Source: Candidatus Spongiihabitans sp. (lineage in GTDB: Bacteria; Pseudomonadota; Gammaproteobacteria; Arenicellales; Poriferihabitantaceae). Taken from it: a stretch of DNA of 64,000 bases. A program made the position numbers and the translations under genes. Position 1 is the first letter of the stretch. Each line of letters begins with the position of its first letter. Below, piece by piece: positions 1-10,471 of the stretch. A model generated the notes under the pieces. That model was not told the DNA's origin. It was given only the letters and a program-made list of their open reading frames with translations, and ran no database searches. The stretch lies in the NCBI RefSeq assembly GCF_965247905.1, contig NZ_OZ252047.1:196938-260937 (forward strand). The letters run 5' to 3'.

Positions 1-47
1 TAATCCTAATCTATCTTTGGCGTTTTGTCAACTCTTTAATCAAATTC

Positions 48-1398
48 TGTTAGGAGTAAATTATCTGTCCTAATAATTAACACGTGAACTGTCCGGATTT
101 ATTCTATCCTATTTGGGGGTGGCAAATGAACCGGACAGCCTTTGTTGAGGAATTAAAACAGATGAGATTTGAAGAGGCCTATGAAGGATATCAATGCAAA
201 CGATTAAGCCAAGAGGAGGCAGCCAGTTTGTTAGGAGTCTGCAGTCGTAGTTTTCGCAGGTATATCAACCGTTATGAAGAGTCAGGGCTAGAAGGCTTGT
301 GTGACAAAAGACTGCACGCCCTATCAGTACGGTGCGCTCCGGTTGATGAGGTGATGGCATTAACTGATTTATATTCCAGTCGATATAATGGCTGGAATGT
401 CAGGCATTTTCATCGTTGGCGTCAACGAAAACACCAGGGGTCACGTAGCTATAGCTGGGTTAAAAACCAACTTCAAACAGCTAATTTGGTGGCCAAAGGT
501 CAATCACCTGGACCTCATCGCATTAGACGGCTCCCCAGTGCATTGCCCGGCATGATGATCCATCAAGATGGCAGCGCCCATTTATGGGTGCCCGGGGTGT
601 ATTGGGATTTAATTGTGACTATGGATGATGCCACTAACGAGCATTATTCCATGCGCTTTGTTGAACAGGAAGGCACGGTCAGTTCGTTGCTGGGTGTCAA
701 AGATGTACTCAAGGCTAAAGGTATTTTCTGTACTTTCTATTCCGACCGGGGCAGCCATTACTGGCATACACCAGAGGTGGGCGGCAAGGTGGATAAAAAC
801 AATCCGACTCAATTTGGCATTGCCCTTAAACGCTTAGGCATTGATATGATTGCCGCCTATTCGCCTGAGGCTCGCGGGCGATCTGAACGTGCCTTTGCTA
901 CTCACCAAGGGCGCTTGCCTCAAGAATTGGCTCTCAACGGCATCACCGATATAAAAGCCGCTAATGCATACCTTAACCATCATTACATGCCGGCCTTCAA
1001 TGAGGAGTTTGCCCGTCCTGCAAGAGAACAAGGCAATGCGTTTGTCCGGCTTGCCGGTGTTAATCTGGATGATTGCCTTTGTCAGCGTTATGAGCACCGG
1101 GTGAGGAAAGACAATTGCGTGCAATTTAACAACCTCAATTTACAGCTGCCGAAAGACAAACATCGCTATCATTACATCAAAGCCAAAGTAAAGGTTGTGA
1201 TCCATTTAGATGGCTTGATTTCAATTTTTCATGGTCCTAGACGACTGGGACGATATTCAAAAGATGGCTGTTTATTGAATGAGGAACAAATACAGGCTGA
1301 CGTTGCGTAAATCCGCTTCACAATGTCATGAGTATAAACCAATTAAAAGCGGACAGATGTCGTGTTAATTATTAGGACAGTTCTATTTACTCCTAACA
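48..1398 (+). mobile_element. Complete IS element (ISNCY / IS1202-group-like) with terminal inverted repeats and a 16-bp flanking direct repeat
   Basis: IRL 48-84 (TGTTAGGAGTAAATTATCTGTCCTAATAATTAACACG) is the near-perfect reverse complement of IRR 1361-1398. The identical 16-mer CTCTTTAATCAAATTC lies just outside both ends (32-47 and 1399-1414). Confidence 0.8.
126..1310 (+). CDS. IS transposase (N-terminal HTH plus integrase-core/DDE-type domain)
   Basis: Single long ORF inside the IRs. N-terminal HTH-like segment (LSQEEAASLLGVCSRSFRRYINRYEESGLEGL) is followed by an rve-like core. ATG at 126 is preferred over the track start at 84 because 84 lies inside IRL. Confidence 0.8.
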   Translation: MNRTAFVEELKQMRFEEAYEGYQCKRLSQEEAASLLGVCSRSFRRYINRYEESGLEGLCDKRLHALSVRCAPVDEVMALTDLYSSRYNGWNVRHFHRWRQRKHQGSRSYSWVKNQLQTANLVAKGQSPGPHRIRRLPSALPGMMIHQDGSAHLWVPGVYWDLIVTMDDATNEHYSMRFVEQEGTVSSLLGVKDVLKAKGIFCTFYSDRGSHYWHTPEVGGKVDKNNPTQFGIALKRLGIDMIAAYSPEARGRSERAFATHQGRLPQELALNGITDIKAANAYLNHHYMPAFNEEFARPAREQGNAFVRLAGVNLDDCLCQRYEHRVRKDNCVQFNNLNLQLPKDKHRYHYIKAKVKVVIHLDGLISIFHGPRRLGRYSKDGCLLNEEQIQADVA

Positions 1399-1414
1399 CT
1401 CTTTAATCAAATTC

Positions 1415-1645
1415 CTTTCGATTTTGTCAACTTTCCTTGATAGTTCCCTTTTTTATTTACATGGATGTAAGGGCAAATAATTGCTCCTGCATTATTTGCA
1501 CTCCCGCCATCCGTGGCGGTCGTATGCCGATTTTGCAGGAGCAAAAAATCGGCGATTGACATGGATGTAAGGGCAAATAATTGCTCCTCGGCAATTGCTC
1601 CTGCATTGCTCTAATAAGTTACGTCCATGTAACGATGCATTATTT
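1415..1645. repeat. REP-like palindromic repeat region
   Basis: Direct repeat CATGGATGTAAGGGCAAATAATTGCTCCT occurs at about 1459 and about 1560. Hairpin GCAAATAAT-N9-ATTATTTGC is present. It also contains a lone copy of the MITE-B terminal repeat (TTGTCAACTTTCCTTGATAGTTCCC, about 1425-1449). Confidence 0.5.
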
Positions 1646-1698
1646 GGTTCAAGATACTTTAAGGTATAGTGAAATGGTCATAACTAATTGTTCTATAA

Positions 1699-2670
1699 AT
1701 GAAAAACAAGCATGTCATTCGTTGCCGAATTTCGGAGAATAAATTCAGGGCGATTCCACGGCTGTTTTGCCTTGATATCGAGGCTTGCAAAGTCGCTCGA
1801 ATCACAGGCATCTCTGGCTCGGCGACCAGCCGATTGTATGCTCAAATCAGACAACGCATGGCCGGGCAATGCGAGCGTATGTGTTCACTAATTCATCGCC
1901 CGTTTTGTTCCTTTCCGGCGGTGCTTTAGCACCGCCCTCTCAGCCGTCATTCTCGCCGGCAGGCGGAAAAAACCGCCCTCCCTGCCGTCATTCTCGCCGA
2001 AGGCGGGAATCCAGTTAAATATCTGTCACGCGTAGCGTGACTCTTTTTGGCATCCGGCTTTGCCAGACACAAACCGGCGGCATCAAAGCAAAGGAGTCCG
2101 GCTACGCCGGACGGCATACTCCACTGGATTGCCCGGCCAATAATAATATGGGCCGGGCAATGACGCCCCTTATTTGTCATTCTCGCCGGCAGGCGGGGAT
2201 CCAGAGTGGCGTAGCCGCCGGGACGCGCGCATACATTAGCGGCAAGCAACAAGCACCATCGCCTTGCCGTCATTCTCGCATCGAACGGCGCGGCATCAAA
2301 GCAAAGGAGTTCGGCTACGCCGAACGGCATATTCCACTGGATTGCCCGGAACAAGCCGGGCAATGACGAGTTGGGATACAATGGTGAATTGAGAGGACAA
2401 AGGCGCGTTGAGACGCCAAAGCACACGAGAGAAAATGTCCGGCTACGCCAGAGCACGTTTTAGTGTCACGCTTTGCGTGACACTTATTTACCATTGTCTT
2501 CTCAAAAGAACTCATCGCCTTCCGATTCACCATTGTCCCCCCAGCCCGTCATTCTCGCCGCAGGCCGGACTCCTTTGAAAGAGTGTGAGTTTCGCTTCAA
2601 TATGCGCCACGAAAACAGGTGTCAATATCTGCTGAAATCTATCCGAAATCGACCGCTTAAAGTATCTTGA
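1699..2670 (+). pseudogene. IS1595-family transposase remnant: only N-terminal (about 57 aa) and C-terminal (about 35 aa) coding parts remain
   Basis: The N-terminus MKNKHVIRCRISENKFRAIPRLFCLDIEACKVARITGIS...LYAQIRQRM and the C-terminus LKECEFRFNMRHENRCQYLL are typical ends of IS1016-group transposases. The middle is replaced by repeats. Confidence 0.6.
1935..2560. repeat. Nest of REP/MITE-like short palindromic repeats
   Basis: At least 5 copies of CGTCATTCTCGCCG-N-AGGCGG(G/A)ATCC-like units. Two copies of an approximately 90-bp unit (GGCATCAAAGCAAAGGAGTYCGGCTACGCCGRACGGCATAYTCCACTGGATTGCCCGG...GGGCAATGACG). Hairpins GTCACGC-N3-4-GCGTGAC at about 2026 and about 2465. Confidence 0.6.
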
Positions 2671-2763
2671 ACCCATTATTTTCACTCCCGCCATATTTCC
2701 CGGCTAATCCAAAACGACACTAAAGCATCGGTTGCTGTGACCTGCTGCGATTAGACTCGTGGT

Positions 2764-5229
2764 ATGATTAGCGACTATTCATGGATGAAATTAAAAGGAT
2801 TGCCTATGAGGATTGATCGTGGCGTTCGGTTGCCGGCTTCAATATATTTACTTGCCTTTTCCAGTGGCGTAATCGGCCATCGTTTTCTCGATGCGTTAAT
2901 CCCGCTATGGGTAACCTTGGTCGCCTTGCTGTTTTGTGCGCTTGTGGCGTATTGGAAGAACGCGGCGCGGTGGGTGTTTGTATTTGCCCTCGGTGTGGCC
3001 TGGACAAATTTCACTGCTACAAACTTGTTGCATACCACGATTGATAGCGCATTGGAAAAGCAGGATGTGGTGGTGAGCGGAAAAATAGTCGGCGTGCCGG
3101 TGCAAACGCCGCGCTATTCGCGATTTGATTTTGTCGTCGACACCCTGACCTGGCAAGGCAAAGCCTATGATTCGCCCGGCAAGATAAGATTAAAAGCCTA
3201 CCACAACGCCGATGTATTCAAGGCGAATCAGGCTTGGCGGTTCACCGTGCGCCTGAAGCAAGCGCGCGGCTATCAAAATCCAGGCAGTCGATTCAACTAT
3301 GAAACCTATTTGTTTGAACACCGCATTCGTGCGACCGGGTATGTTCGCAACGAAGCGTCCAATCGGCTGCTTAACCCAAGCCTGAATAAATATTCCATTT
3401 CAAAATTCCGCGAGCGCATCAGCACATTTATCCAAATCCATATGCGGGACGCCCCTCGCCACGGCATATTGACCGCCCTGATCGTTGGCGTAAGGGGCGC
3501 GATGAGCGATGCCGACTGGCGTATTTTGCAAAATACCGGAACCATCCACCTGGTCGCGATTTCCGGGCTGCATATCGGTTTGGTTTCCGGGTTGGTAATG
3601 TGGGTGGCGGCACGGGTTTGGCGCTTGACCGGGCAACTGCAAACCCGAATACCGGCGCAAAATGTTGCGGTGATTTCAGGGTTGGTCGCAGGATGTTGTT
3701 ACGCCTTGCTGGCGGGGATGACAATCCCCACCCGGCGCGCGGTTGTTATGTTATCCGTAGTCGCGATATCGATGTTGTTAAAAAGAAAGCCGGTGCCGTT
3801 TGAGTTGTTGATTCTGGCGCTGAGTGTCGTTTTGCTGGTCGATCCACTGACTCCGCTGGCTACCGGATTCTGGCTGTCTTTCTGTGCGGTGGCGGTGATC
3901 ATTTGTTGCGTGACAAAACTCAATCAAAATACCCGCCACGAAAACACTCGCCACATAAATACTCGACCCGGCAACAAGTACTCGCTTCCCGAAAAAACCA
4001 AAGGGTGGCTGTCCATCCAACTGGGCTTGAGTTTTGGAATGGCGCCGCTGTTATTGCTGCTGTTCCATCAACTGTCGTTAATCGCGCCGCTGGCGAATTT
4101 GGTCGCCATTCCCGTGATTGGCTTCGTCGCGGTGCCGGCGGCATTGTTCGGTTTGTGCTTGTTTGCTTTGGGGTTTCCCGAATTGGCTTTGGTGGTATTT
4201 GAGTATGTGCTGATTGCCATCGATCATGTTTGGTCGGTTTTGCAGTTCCTGGCCGCCGCCAACTGGTCGGTCTGGCAACCCCCGTCCGCGCCCATTTGGG
4301 CTTTGATGCTGGCTGCTGTTGGCGCCGCTTTGCTGTTTTTCCGCCCGCCGTTTCCGGCAAGATTCACAGCGGTTTTATGGTTTTTACCGCTGCTCTTTTT
4401 CCAGCCTGAAAAGCTCGGTCACGGCGCATTCAAATACACCATGCTCGAGGTCGGTCATGGCTTGGCCAGCGTAGTGGAAACCCAAAACCATACCCTGGTT
4501 TACGATACCGGACCGAAATTCAATGGTGGCATGGATGCGGGCAAGACGGTGGTCGTGCCTTATCTAAAGTCCCGTGGTATCCGCAATATCGATAAATTGA
4601 TAATCAGCCATGAACACAGTGATCATGCCGGCGGTTATCGAGCCATCAATAGCGTATTTAATATCGATCATTTTCTTGCTGGAGTGCCCGATAAAATTGA
4701 TGGCGCACCATTACTTGCGGAAAAATGTCTGGGTGGGCAGAAATGGCTCTGGGATGGGGTTCGCTTCGAAATACTGTGGCCGCTGAACCACGACTTTGCG
4801 AAAGGCAATAATGCGTCATGCGTGCTTAAAATTAGCTCCAGATTCGGCTCGTTGCTTCTGACCGGCGATATAGAAGGTCCAGCGGAAAGAATGATGGTGG
4901 CGAGGCACGGCGAGCGGCTCGCTGCCGATATACTGCAGGTGCCGCATCAGGGAAGCAAGACCTCATCAACGACAACATTTTTGAGCCGGGTCAAGCCGAA
5001 ATTGGCGCTATTGAGCAGCGGATACCTCAATCAATTCGGTCACCCCCATCAAGTCATTTCTGAGCGATATGCGTTGCGACAAATTCCCCTGATCGATACC
5101 GCTCACAGCGGTGCGCTGACTATAAATTTCGACCACACTCAACAACAGCTAAACCATCGGCCAAACTATCGAGACGGCCTGAACGGATACTGGTTTGAGC
5201 CGAAGGGTGCGACAAACAATACGCTATAA
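2764..5229 (+). CDS. comEC: DNA internalization-related competence protein ComEC/Rec2
   Basis: Polytopic membrane competence domain followed by a C-terminal metallo-beta-lactamase motif (ISHEHSDHAGG). The start may be the internal Met at about 2806. Confidence 0.9.
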   Translation: MISDYSWMKLKGLPMRIDRGVRLPASIYLLAFSSGVIGHRFLDALIPLWVTLVALLFCALVAYWKNAARWVFVFALGVAWTNFTATNLLHTTIDSALEKQDVVVSGKIVGVPVQTPRYSRFDFVVDTLTWQGKAYDSPGKIRLKAYHNADVFKANQAWRFTVRLKQARGYQNPGSRFNYETYLFEHRIRATGYVRNEASNRLLNPSLNKYSISKFRERISTFIQIHMRDAPRHGILTALIVGVRGAMSDADWRILQNTGTIHLVAISGLHIGLVSGLVMWVAARVWRLTGQLQTRIPAQNVAVISGLVAGCCYALLAGMTIPTRRAVVMLSVVAISMLLKRKPVPFELLILALSVVLLVDPLTPLATGFWLSFCAVAVIICCVTKLNQNTRHENTRHINTRPGNKYSLPEKTKGWLSIQLGLSFGMAPLLLLLFHQLSLIAPLANLVAIPVIGFVAVPAALFGLCLFALGFPELALVVFEYVLIAIDHVWSVLQFLAAANWSVWQPPSAPIWALMLAAVGAALLFFRPPFPARFTAVLWFLPLLFFQPEKLGHGAFKYTMLEVGHGLASVVETQNHTLVYDTGPKFNGGMDAGKTVVVPYLKSRGIRNIDKLIISHEHSDHAGGYRAINSVFNIDHFLAGVPDKIDGAPLLAEKCLGGQKWLWDGVRFEILWPLNHDFAKGNNASCVLKISSRFGSLLLTGDIEGPAERMMVARHGERLAADILQVPHQGSKTSSTTTFLSRVKPKLALLSSGYLNQFGHPHQVISERYALRQIPLIDTAHSGALTINFDHTQQQLNHRPNYRDGLNGYWFEPKGATNNTL

Positions 5230-5352
5230 CGCACCGGCGCTGATAAAATTTAAGTTCCTCAAATAACTATCGGCAACTACCGGCAATCTATTTGCGCTTA
5301 ATCGTGCATGTGGATATAATGAACTCCCTTTTATCTCAGAAGTGAGGATGGT

Positions 5353-6723
5353 ATGGAGTATTTAAATAATCTAATCAGTCAAATCAACGCCTTCGTCTGG
5401 GGGCCTCCGATGCTCGGTATGTTGGGTGTTACCGGATTGCTATTGACGCTTGGCCTGGTTTTTATGCCGTGGCGCAAGGTCGCTTACGGGTTTCGGCTGC
5501 TGTTCGCCAAAGACGATGGCAGCGGCGAGGGTGAAGTCAAGCCATTTAATGCGCTGATGACCGCGTTATCGGCGACCGTCGGCACCGGTAATATCGCTGG
5601 CGTGGCAACTGCCATCGCTCTCGGCGGACCCGGCGCAATTTTTTATATGTGGGTCATCGCCCTGTTCGGGATGGCGACCAAATACGCCGAGGCGGTGTGT
5701 GCGGTAACCTATCGTGAAGTCGATTCAACCGGTAAATACGTCGGCGGGCCGATGTATTATTTGAGCCGTGGGGTCGGCGAGTTCGCGCCCGGGCTCGGTA
5801 AAAGCCTGGGCTTTTTGTTTGCCTTGTTTGGCGCCATCGCCGCTTTCGGTATCGGTAACGCAGTGCAGGTTAATTCCATGGCGGCGGTGTTGAATGATAG
5901 TTTCAACGTTCCCACTTATGCGACCGGCATCGTTGTCGCCGCGCTGGTGGGGTTTGTGATTTTGGGCGGAATCAAGCGTATCGGTGATGTCGCCGGTAAG
6001 TTGGTGCCGGCGATGATCGTTTTATATGTCGGTGCGTCGCTGGTTATCATCCTGATAAACATTGCTGAAGTGCCGGCCGCAATAGGGTTGATTTTCAAAT
6101 ACGCCTTTGAACCGGCCGCCGCCGCGGGTGGATTTGCGGGTGCTGCTGTGGCTGCTGCCATTCGTTTCGGTGTGGCGCGTGGTGTATTTTCCAATGAAGC
6201 TGGCCTCGGTTCTGCGGCTATCGCCCATGCTGCTGCCAAAACCGACAACCCGGTGCGTCAGGGAATCATCGCCATGCTCGGTACGTTCATTGACACCCTC
6301 GTTGTGTGCACCATGACGGCATTGGTGATTTTAACCTCTGGCGCGTGGACTAGCGGACTAAATGGTGCGGTGTTGACCTCAACCGCCTTTTCCAACTCCA
6401 TCGGCGGTGGGCAATATATCGTTACCATCGCACTGGCGGTTTTCGCGTTCACCACCATTTTGGGCTGGTCGTACTACGGCGAGCGTTGTTGGCAGTACCT
6501 GTTTAAAGAAAAAACGGTGATAATTTACCGTGGTTTGTGGGTGCTGGCGGCATTGGGCTTCGCCAATGTCAAGGTGGATTTCGTATGGAATCTAGCCGAC
6601 ACGCTCAACGGGCTGATGGCAGTGCCGAACCTGGTTGGTCTGTTACTGTTGGCGCCGATGGTGTTTAAGGTGACCAGCGACTATTTCGATAAAGAAAAGA
6701 AGTTAGCCGACCGCGACGGATGA
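5353..6723 (+). CDS. Alanine/glycine:cation symporter (AGCS family)
   Basis: 456-aa polytopic protein with AGCS hallmarks (FNALMTALSATVGTGNIAGVATAI, GGPGAIFYMW, FSNEAGLGSAAIAHAAA). Confidence 0.9.
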   Translation: MEYLNNLISQINAFVWGPPMLGMLGVTGLLLTLGLVFMPWRKVAYGFRLLFAKDDGSGEGEVKPFNALMTALSATVGTGNIAGVATAIALGGPGAIFYMWVIALFGMATKYAEAVCAVTYREVDSTGKYVGGPMYYLSRGVGEFAPGLGKSLGFLFALFGAIAAFGIGNAVQVNSMAAVLNDSFNVPTYATGIVVAALVGFVILGGIKRIGDVAGKLVPAMIVLYVGASLVIILINIAEVPAAIGLIFKYAFEPAAAAGGFAGAAVAAAIRFGVARGVFSNEAGLGSAAIAHAAAKTDNPVRQGIIAMLGTFIDTLVVCTMTALVILTSGAWTSGLNGAVLTSTAFSNSIGGGQYIVTIALAVFAFTTILGWSYYGERCWQYLFKEKTVIIYRGLWVLAALGFANVKVDFVWNLADTLNGLMAVPNLVGLLLLAPMVFKVTSDYFDKEKKLADRDG

Positions 6724-6901
6724 CGGCGGTGGCGGCAACGCCATCGCTGTCGCCATCGTCACCAGCACGGTGATCACCGCGACCGTCGCCGTTCGCGTGA
6801 CATCGGCGGCGGGCATTGCGCGTATCACGGATGATGCGCGCAAATCCGCCCCGCGGTTGACCGTCGCCGCGCGTGTCCGTAGCATTTCCTGAGCATTCAT
6901 T

Positions 6902-7900
6902 TTGAGCAATCACGTTCTGGTCACCGGCGGCGCGGGCTACATCGGCTCGCACACCGCATGGCATCTGGTCGCGGCCGGGCACGAAGTCGCGGTGCTGGAT
7001 AACCTGTATTCCGGGCATCGCTGGGCGGTGCCCGGCGGCGCGGCGTTTTACCAAGGCGACATCCACGACCGCGCGTTGCTCGACGAAATAATCCGCGCGC
7101 GCGGCATCGACGCGGTGATGCACTTCGCCGGTCACATCATCGTGCCCGAGTCGCTGGAAAATCCCGCCAAGTATTACCGCAACAACGTGGTCGGCTCGCT
7201 CAACTTGATCGACGCCTGCATCGCCAACCGCGTCCGCCATTTCATATTTTCATCCAGCGCGGCGGTGTATGGCGCGCCGGAGTTTTGCCCGGTCAGCGAA
7301 GCCGCCGCGCCGCGCCCAATCAACCCTTATGGCGCGACCAAGTTAATCACCGAATGGACGCTGCGCGATTTATCGGCGGCGTCGCGGTCGTTCAATTATG
7401 TCGCGTTGCGCTACTTCAACGTCGCCGGCGCGCACGCCGACGGTGCCCTCGGGCAAGCCACGCCCGAGGCCACCCATCTAATCAAAGTCGCGTGCCAAGT
7501 CTCGACCGGCGCGCGCCCGCGCATGACGATTTTCGGCGATGACTACCCGACGCCCGACGGCACTTGTGTGCGCGATTACATTCATGTGGATGACTTGGCA
7601 TCCGCGCATCTCGACGCGCTCGACTACCTCGCGCGTGGCGGCGGCGACAGCGTCGTGCTGAACTGCGGCTACGGTCGCGGGTTCAGCGTGCGCGAAGTGA
7701 TTGATTGCGTCAAGACCGTGAGCGATGTGGACTTCGCAGTGAAGACCGCGCCGCGCCGCGCCGGCGATCCGCCGGAGTTGGTCGCCGACAATGAAAAAAT
7801 CAAGCGCGTCTTAAACTGGCAGCCGCGCCACGACGACCTCGCGACCATCTGCCGTTCTGCTTACCTGTGGGAGAAAAAACTCGCGGCGGAAAAAAGTTGA
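6902..7900 (+). CDS. galE: UDP-glucose 4-epimerase
   Basis: N-terminal Rossmann motif VLVTGGAGYIGSH, catalytic YGATK, and GalE-typical length (332 aa). TTG start. Confidence 0.9.
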   Translation: MSNHVLVTGGAGYIGSHTAWHLVAAGHEVAVLDNLYSGHRWAVPGGAAFYQGDIHDRALLDEIIRARGIDAVMHFAGHIIVPESLENPAKYYRNNVVGSLNLIDACIANRVRHFIFSSSAAVYGAPEFCPVSEAAAPRPINPYGATKLITEWTLRDLSAASRSFNYVALRYFNVAGAHADGALGQATPEATHLIKVACQVSTGARPRMTIFGDDYPTPDGTCVRDYIHVDDLASAHLDALDYLARGGGDSVVLNCGYGRGFSVREVIDCVKTVSDVDFAVKTAPRRAGDPPELVADNEKIKRVLNWQPRHDDLATICRSAYLWEKKLAAEKS

Positions 7901-7920
7901 CTGCCGCCGGGCAAAATTTG

Positions 7921-9531
7921 ATGACGCGGTTGTGGCAAAAAGACCTGTCCCTGTGGCACCAAGCCGAAGTGGACGGCGGTTGCAGTTCGGATTCCATCGC
8001 CAACCGCCTGGGTTGGCTGGATGCGGTTGAATGGATGGAGGAGCATGTCGGCACGCTCGGCGACTGGGCGCGACAGGTCGCCGAGTCCGGCCAATTCGAC
8101 CAGGTTATTTTATTGGGCATGGGCGGTTCCAGCCTTGCCGCCGAGGTGTTTTCGGCGGTGTTTGGCAGTCAATCAGGCTACCTGCGACTGCAGGTTGTGG
8201 ACACCACATCGCCGGCGCAAATCAATGCGCTTGATGTCGATCTTGGGCGCTCTTTGATTATGGTCGCCAGCAAATCCGGCGGCACGGTGGAGACCGCGGA
8301 TTTATTCGCCTACTTTCATTCCAGATTGCAAGCGCAGGTGAATCGCCCCGGCGACCATCTGGTCGCCATTACCGATCAAGATTCGCGGCTTCATCGGCAA
8401 GCCATTGACATGAATTTCACGCGTGTTTTTGTTAACCCGTCCGACATCGGCGGGCGCTATGCCGCGTTGAGCTATTTTGGCTTGGCGCCGGCCGCGTTGA
8501 TGGGCGTTGACCTGAACCGGTTACTGGCGCAAACCCGGGCGTTTAGTGCGAGTTGTCGATCAGACGATGCCAGCAATCCAGTGCTTCAGTTGGCGAGATT
8601 GATGGGCAATGGAGCAATCGCGGGCAAACCTGTTTTGGAACTGCGGCTGGCTCGGCCGTTGCAATCCTTGGCGGTTTGGATTGAGCAACTGGTTGCGGAA
8701 AGCACCGGCAAAGATGCGCAGGGCATCCTGCCGGTGTACGATGAGCCGGGAATCGATGCGCTTGAGCACGGATATAATCGCTCCGAGCATCGCTCCGAGC
8801 ATCGAGCCAGCGTGTATGTCGGGCTTGGCGACGCGTCGCAAGAGGGGCAAACCACCGCCGATATGCAGTGGCAACTGGGTGATCGATACGACCTTGGGAG
8901 GGAGTTTCTGCGCTGGGAAATGGCCACCGCGCTTGCGGCAAGCATCATGGGAATCAACCCATTCGACCAACCCGATGTGGAACAAGCGAAGCAGCAGACG
9001 CGCGCATTTGTGGCCGGTCGGGAAGCGCACGCGTTCAGCAGATTATTTGAAAACCAGCACTACGCGGTGTATGCCGATTGCGCGGACGACCATGCCGCCA
9101 CCGCGGCGGCGGTGTTCGACCATTTCCGCGACGCCGCCGATGGCGCGTGGTATTTGGCGGTGCTGGCGTATCTGCCGAATTTCGACGCGGTCAACGACCG
9201 ACTGCAAGCGCTGCGCCGCGGGTTGGCGCAACGCTTTGCATTGACCACGACATTGGGTTACGGCCCGCGTTATTTGCACTCCACCGGGCAGTTGCACAAA
9301 GGCGGACCAGCGGGCGGATGCTTCATCCAGATCACCGAGCAGGATATGGATGACATCGCCATCCCCGGGCGCGAATATGGTTTCGCTGATTTGCACCGCG
9401 CGCAAGCCGACGGCGATTACGCCGTGTTGCAGCGCAAAGGTCGTCCGCTAATGCGGATAACATTAAAAGGCGATAGACTGGGGGCTTTGGACAAACTGGC
9501 GACGCACTTGACCGCCAAACGCGGCACATAA
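7921..9531 (+). CDS. Glucose-6-phosphate isomerase-like SIS-domain protein (PGI domain of the transaldolase/PGI type)
   Basis: SIS motifs [10 protein letters not shown] and [10 protein letters not shown]. The ATG at 7921 ([12 protein letters not shown]) is preferred because the track start at 7867 overlaps the galE end. Confidence 0.7.
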   Translation: MTRLWQKDLSLWHQAEVDGGCSSDSIANRLGWLDAVEWMEEHVGTLGDWARQVAESGQFDQVILLGMGGSSLAAEVFSAVFGSQSGYLRLQVVDTTSPAQINALDVDLGRSLIMVASKSGGTVETADLFAYFHSRLQAQVNRPGDHLVAITDQDSRLHRQAIDMNFTRVFVNPSDIGGRYAALSYFGLAPAALMGVDLNRLLAQTRAFSASCRSDDASNPVLQLARLMGNGAIAGKPVLELRLARPLQSLAVWIEQLVAESTGKDAQGILPVYDEPGIDALEHGYNRSEHRSEHRASVYVGLGDASQEGQTTADMQWQLGDRYDLGREFLRWEMATALAASIMGINPFDQPDVEQAKQQTRAFVAGREAHAFSRLFENQHYAVYADCADDHAATAAAVFDHFRDAADGAWYLAVLAYLPNFDAVNDRLQALRRGLAQRFALTTTLGYGPRYLHSTGQLHKGGPAGGCFIQITEQDMDDIAIPGREYGFADLHRAQADGDYAVLQRKGRPLMRITLKGDRLGALDKLATHLTAKRGT

Positions 9532-9532
9532 T

Positions 9533-10471
9533 ATGGTTACATTTCAACAGCTTATAATGACATTGCAGCAATACTGGGCCGATCAAGGCTGTGTCATTCT
9601 GCAACCCTATGATATGCAGATGGGTGCGGGAACATTTCATCCGGCAACGTTTTTGGGCGCCATAGGCCCGGAACCGATGCGCGCCGCTTATGTGCAGCCG
9701 TCGCGTCGCCCCACAGACGGTCGCTATGGTGAAAACCCCAATCGTTTGCAACACTATTTCCAGTTTCAGGTGGTACTGAAACCATCCCCGGAAAATTTCC
9801 AGGACTTGTATCTTGGCTCCCTGTCCAGCCTTGGGCTGGATATGTTGAAGGACGACGTGCGATTTGTAGAAGATGATTGGGAGTCACCGACTTTGGGTGC
9901 CTGGGGTCTGGGATGGGAAATCTGGATAAACGGCATGGAGGTTTCTCAATTTACTTATTTCCAACAAGTGGGTGGTTTGGATTGCAAGCCCGTTACCGGT
10001 GAAATCACCTATGGTCTGGAGCGCATCGCCATGTATTTACAAGGTGTGGATTCGTTGTTTGATTTAGTTTGGCGCGAGGGTTCAAATAGCGCCACAGCCG
10101 GATACAGTTATGGCGATCTTTACTTGCAAAATGAAGTGCAGCAGTCGGTTTATAATTTTGAATGTTCAGGTATCCCGCAGCTTTTTGATCAATTCAATGC
10201 GACGGAAGCCATGGCGCTAAAATTATTGGAAAAGGAATTGCCCTTACCCGCCTATGAACAAATGCTGACCGCTTCCCATGCCTTTAATTTACTGGATGCT
10301 CGACATGCCATCGGTGTGACCGAGCGCGCCCGATATATTGGGCGGGTGCGTCAGTTGGCAAAGGGCGTGGCGCAACGCTATTACGATAGCCGGGAAAAAC
10401 TCGGCTTTCCCGGCTGCGTCAAAACCGCGCCGCGGCGGCCGCGACGGCGAGCGAAAGCGGGGACGCGATGA
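9533..10471 (+). CDS. glyQ: Glycine--tRNA ligase alpha subunit
   Basis: Highly conserved GlyQ sequence ([17 protein letters not shown]...[26 protein letters not shown]). Confidence 0.95.
   Translation: MVTFQQLIMTLQQYWADQGCVILQPYDMQMGAGTFHPATFLGAIGPEPMRAAYVQPSRRPTDGRYGENPNRLQHYFQFQVVLKPSPENFQDLYLGSLSSLGLDMLKDDVRFVEDDWESPTLGAWGLGWEIWINGMEVSQFTYFQQVGGLDCKPVTGEITYGLERIAMYLQGVDSLFDLVWREGSNSATAGYSYGDLYLQNEVQQSVYNFECSGIPQLFDQFNATEAMALKLLEKELPLPAYEQMLTASHAFNLLDARHAIGVTERARYIGRVRQLAKGVAQRYYDSREKLGFPGCVKTAPRRPRRRAKAGTR

Larger units (their letters stand above)
1646..2673 (+). mobile_element. IS1595-family (IS1016-like) element with intact ends but gutted interior
   Basis: Perfect 18-bp terminal inverted repeats: GGTTCAAGATACTTTAAG at 1646-1663 and its reverse complement at 2656-2673. 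They are flanked by the 8-bp direct repeat CATTATTT (1638-1645 and 2674-2681). Confidence 0.75.

Noticed and set aside
6665-7240. A 191-aa minus-strand ORF spanning the symporter end and the galE start.
   Set aside because: It overlaps two well-supported plus-strand genes and has a GC-rich, Arg/Gly/Asp-biased sequence without motifs.
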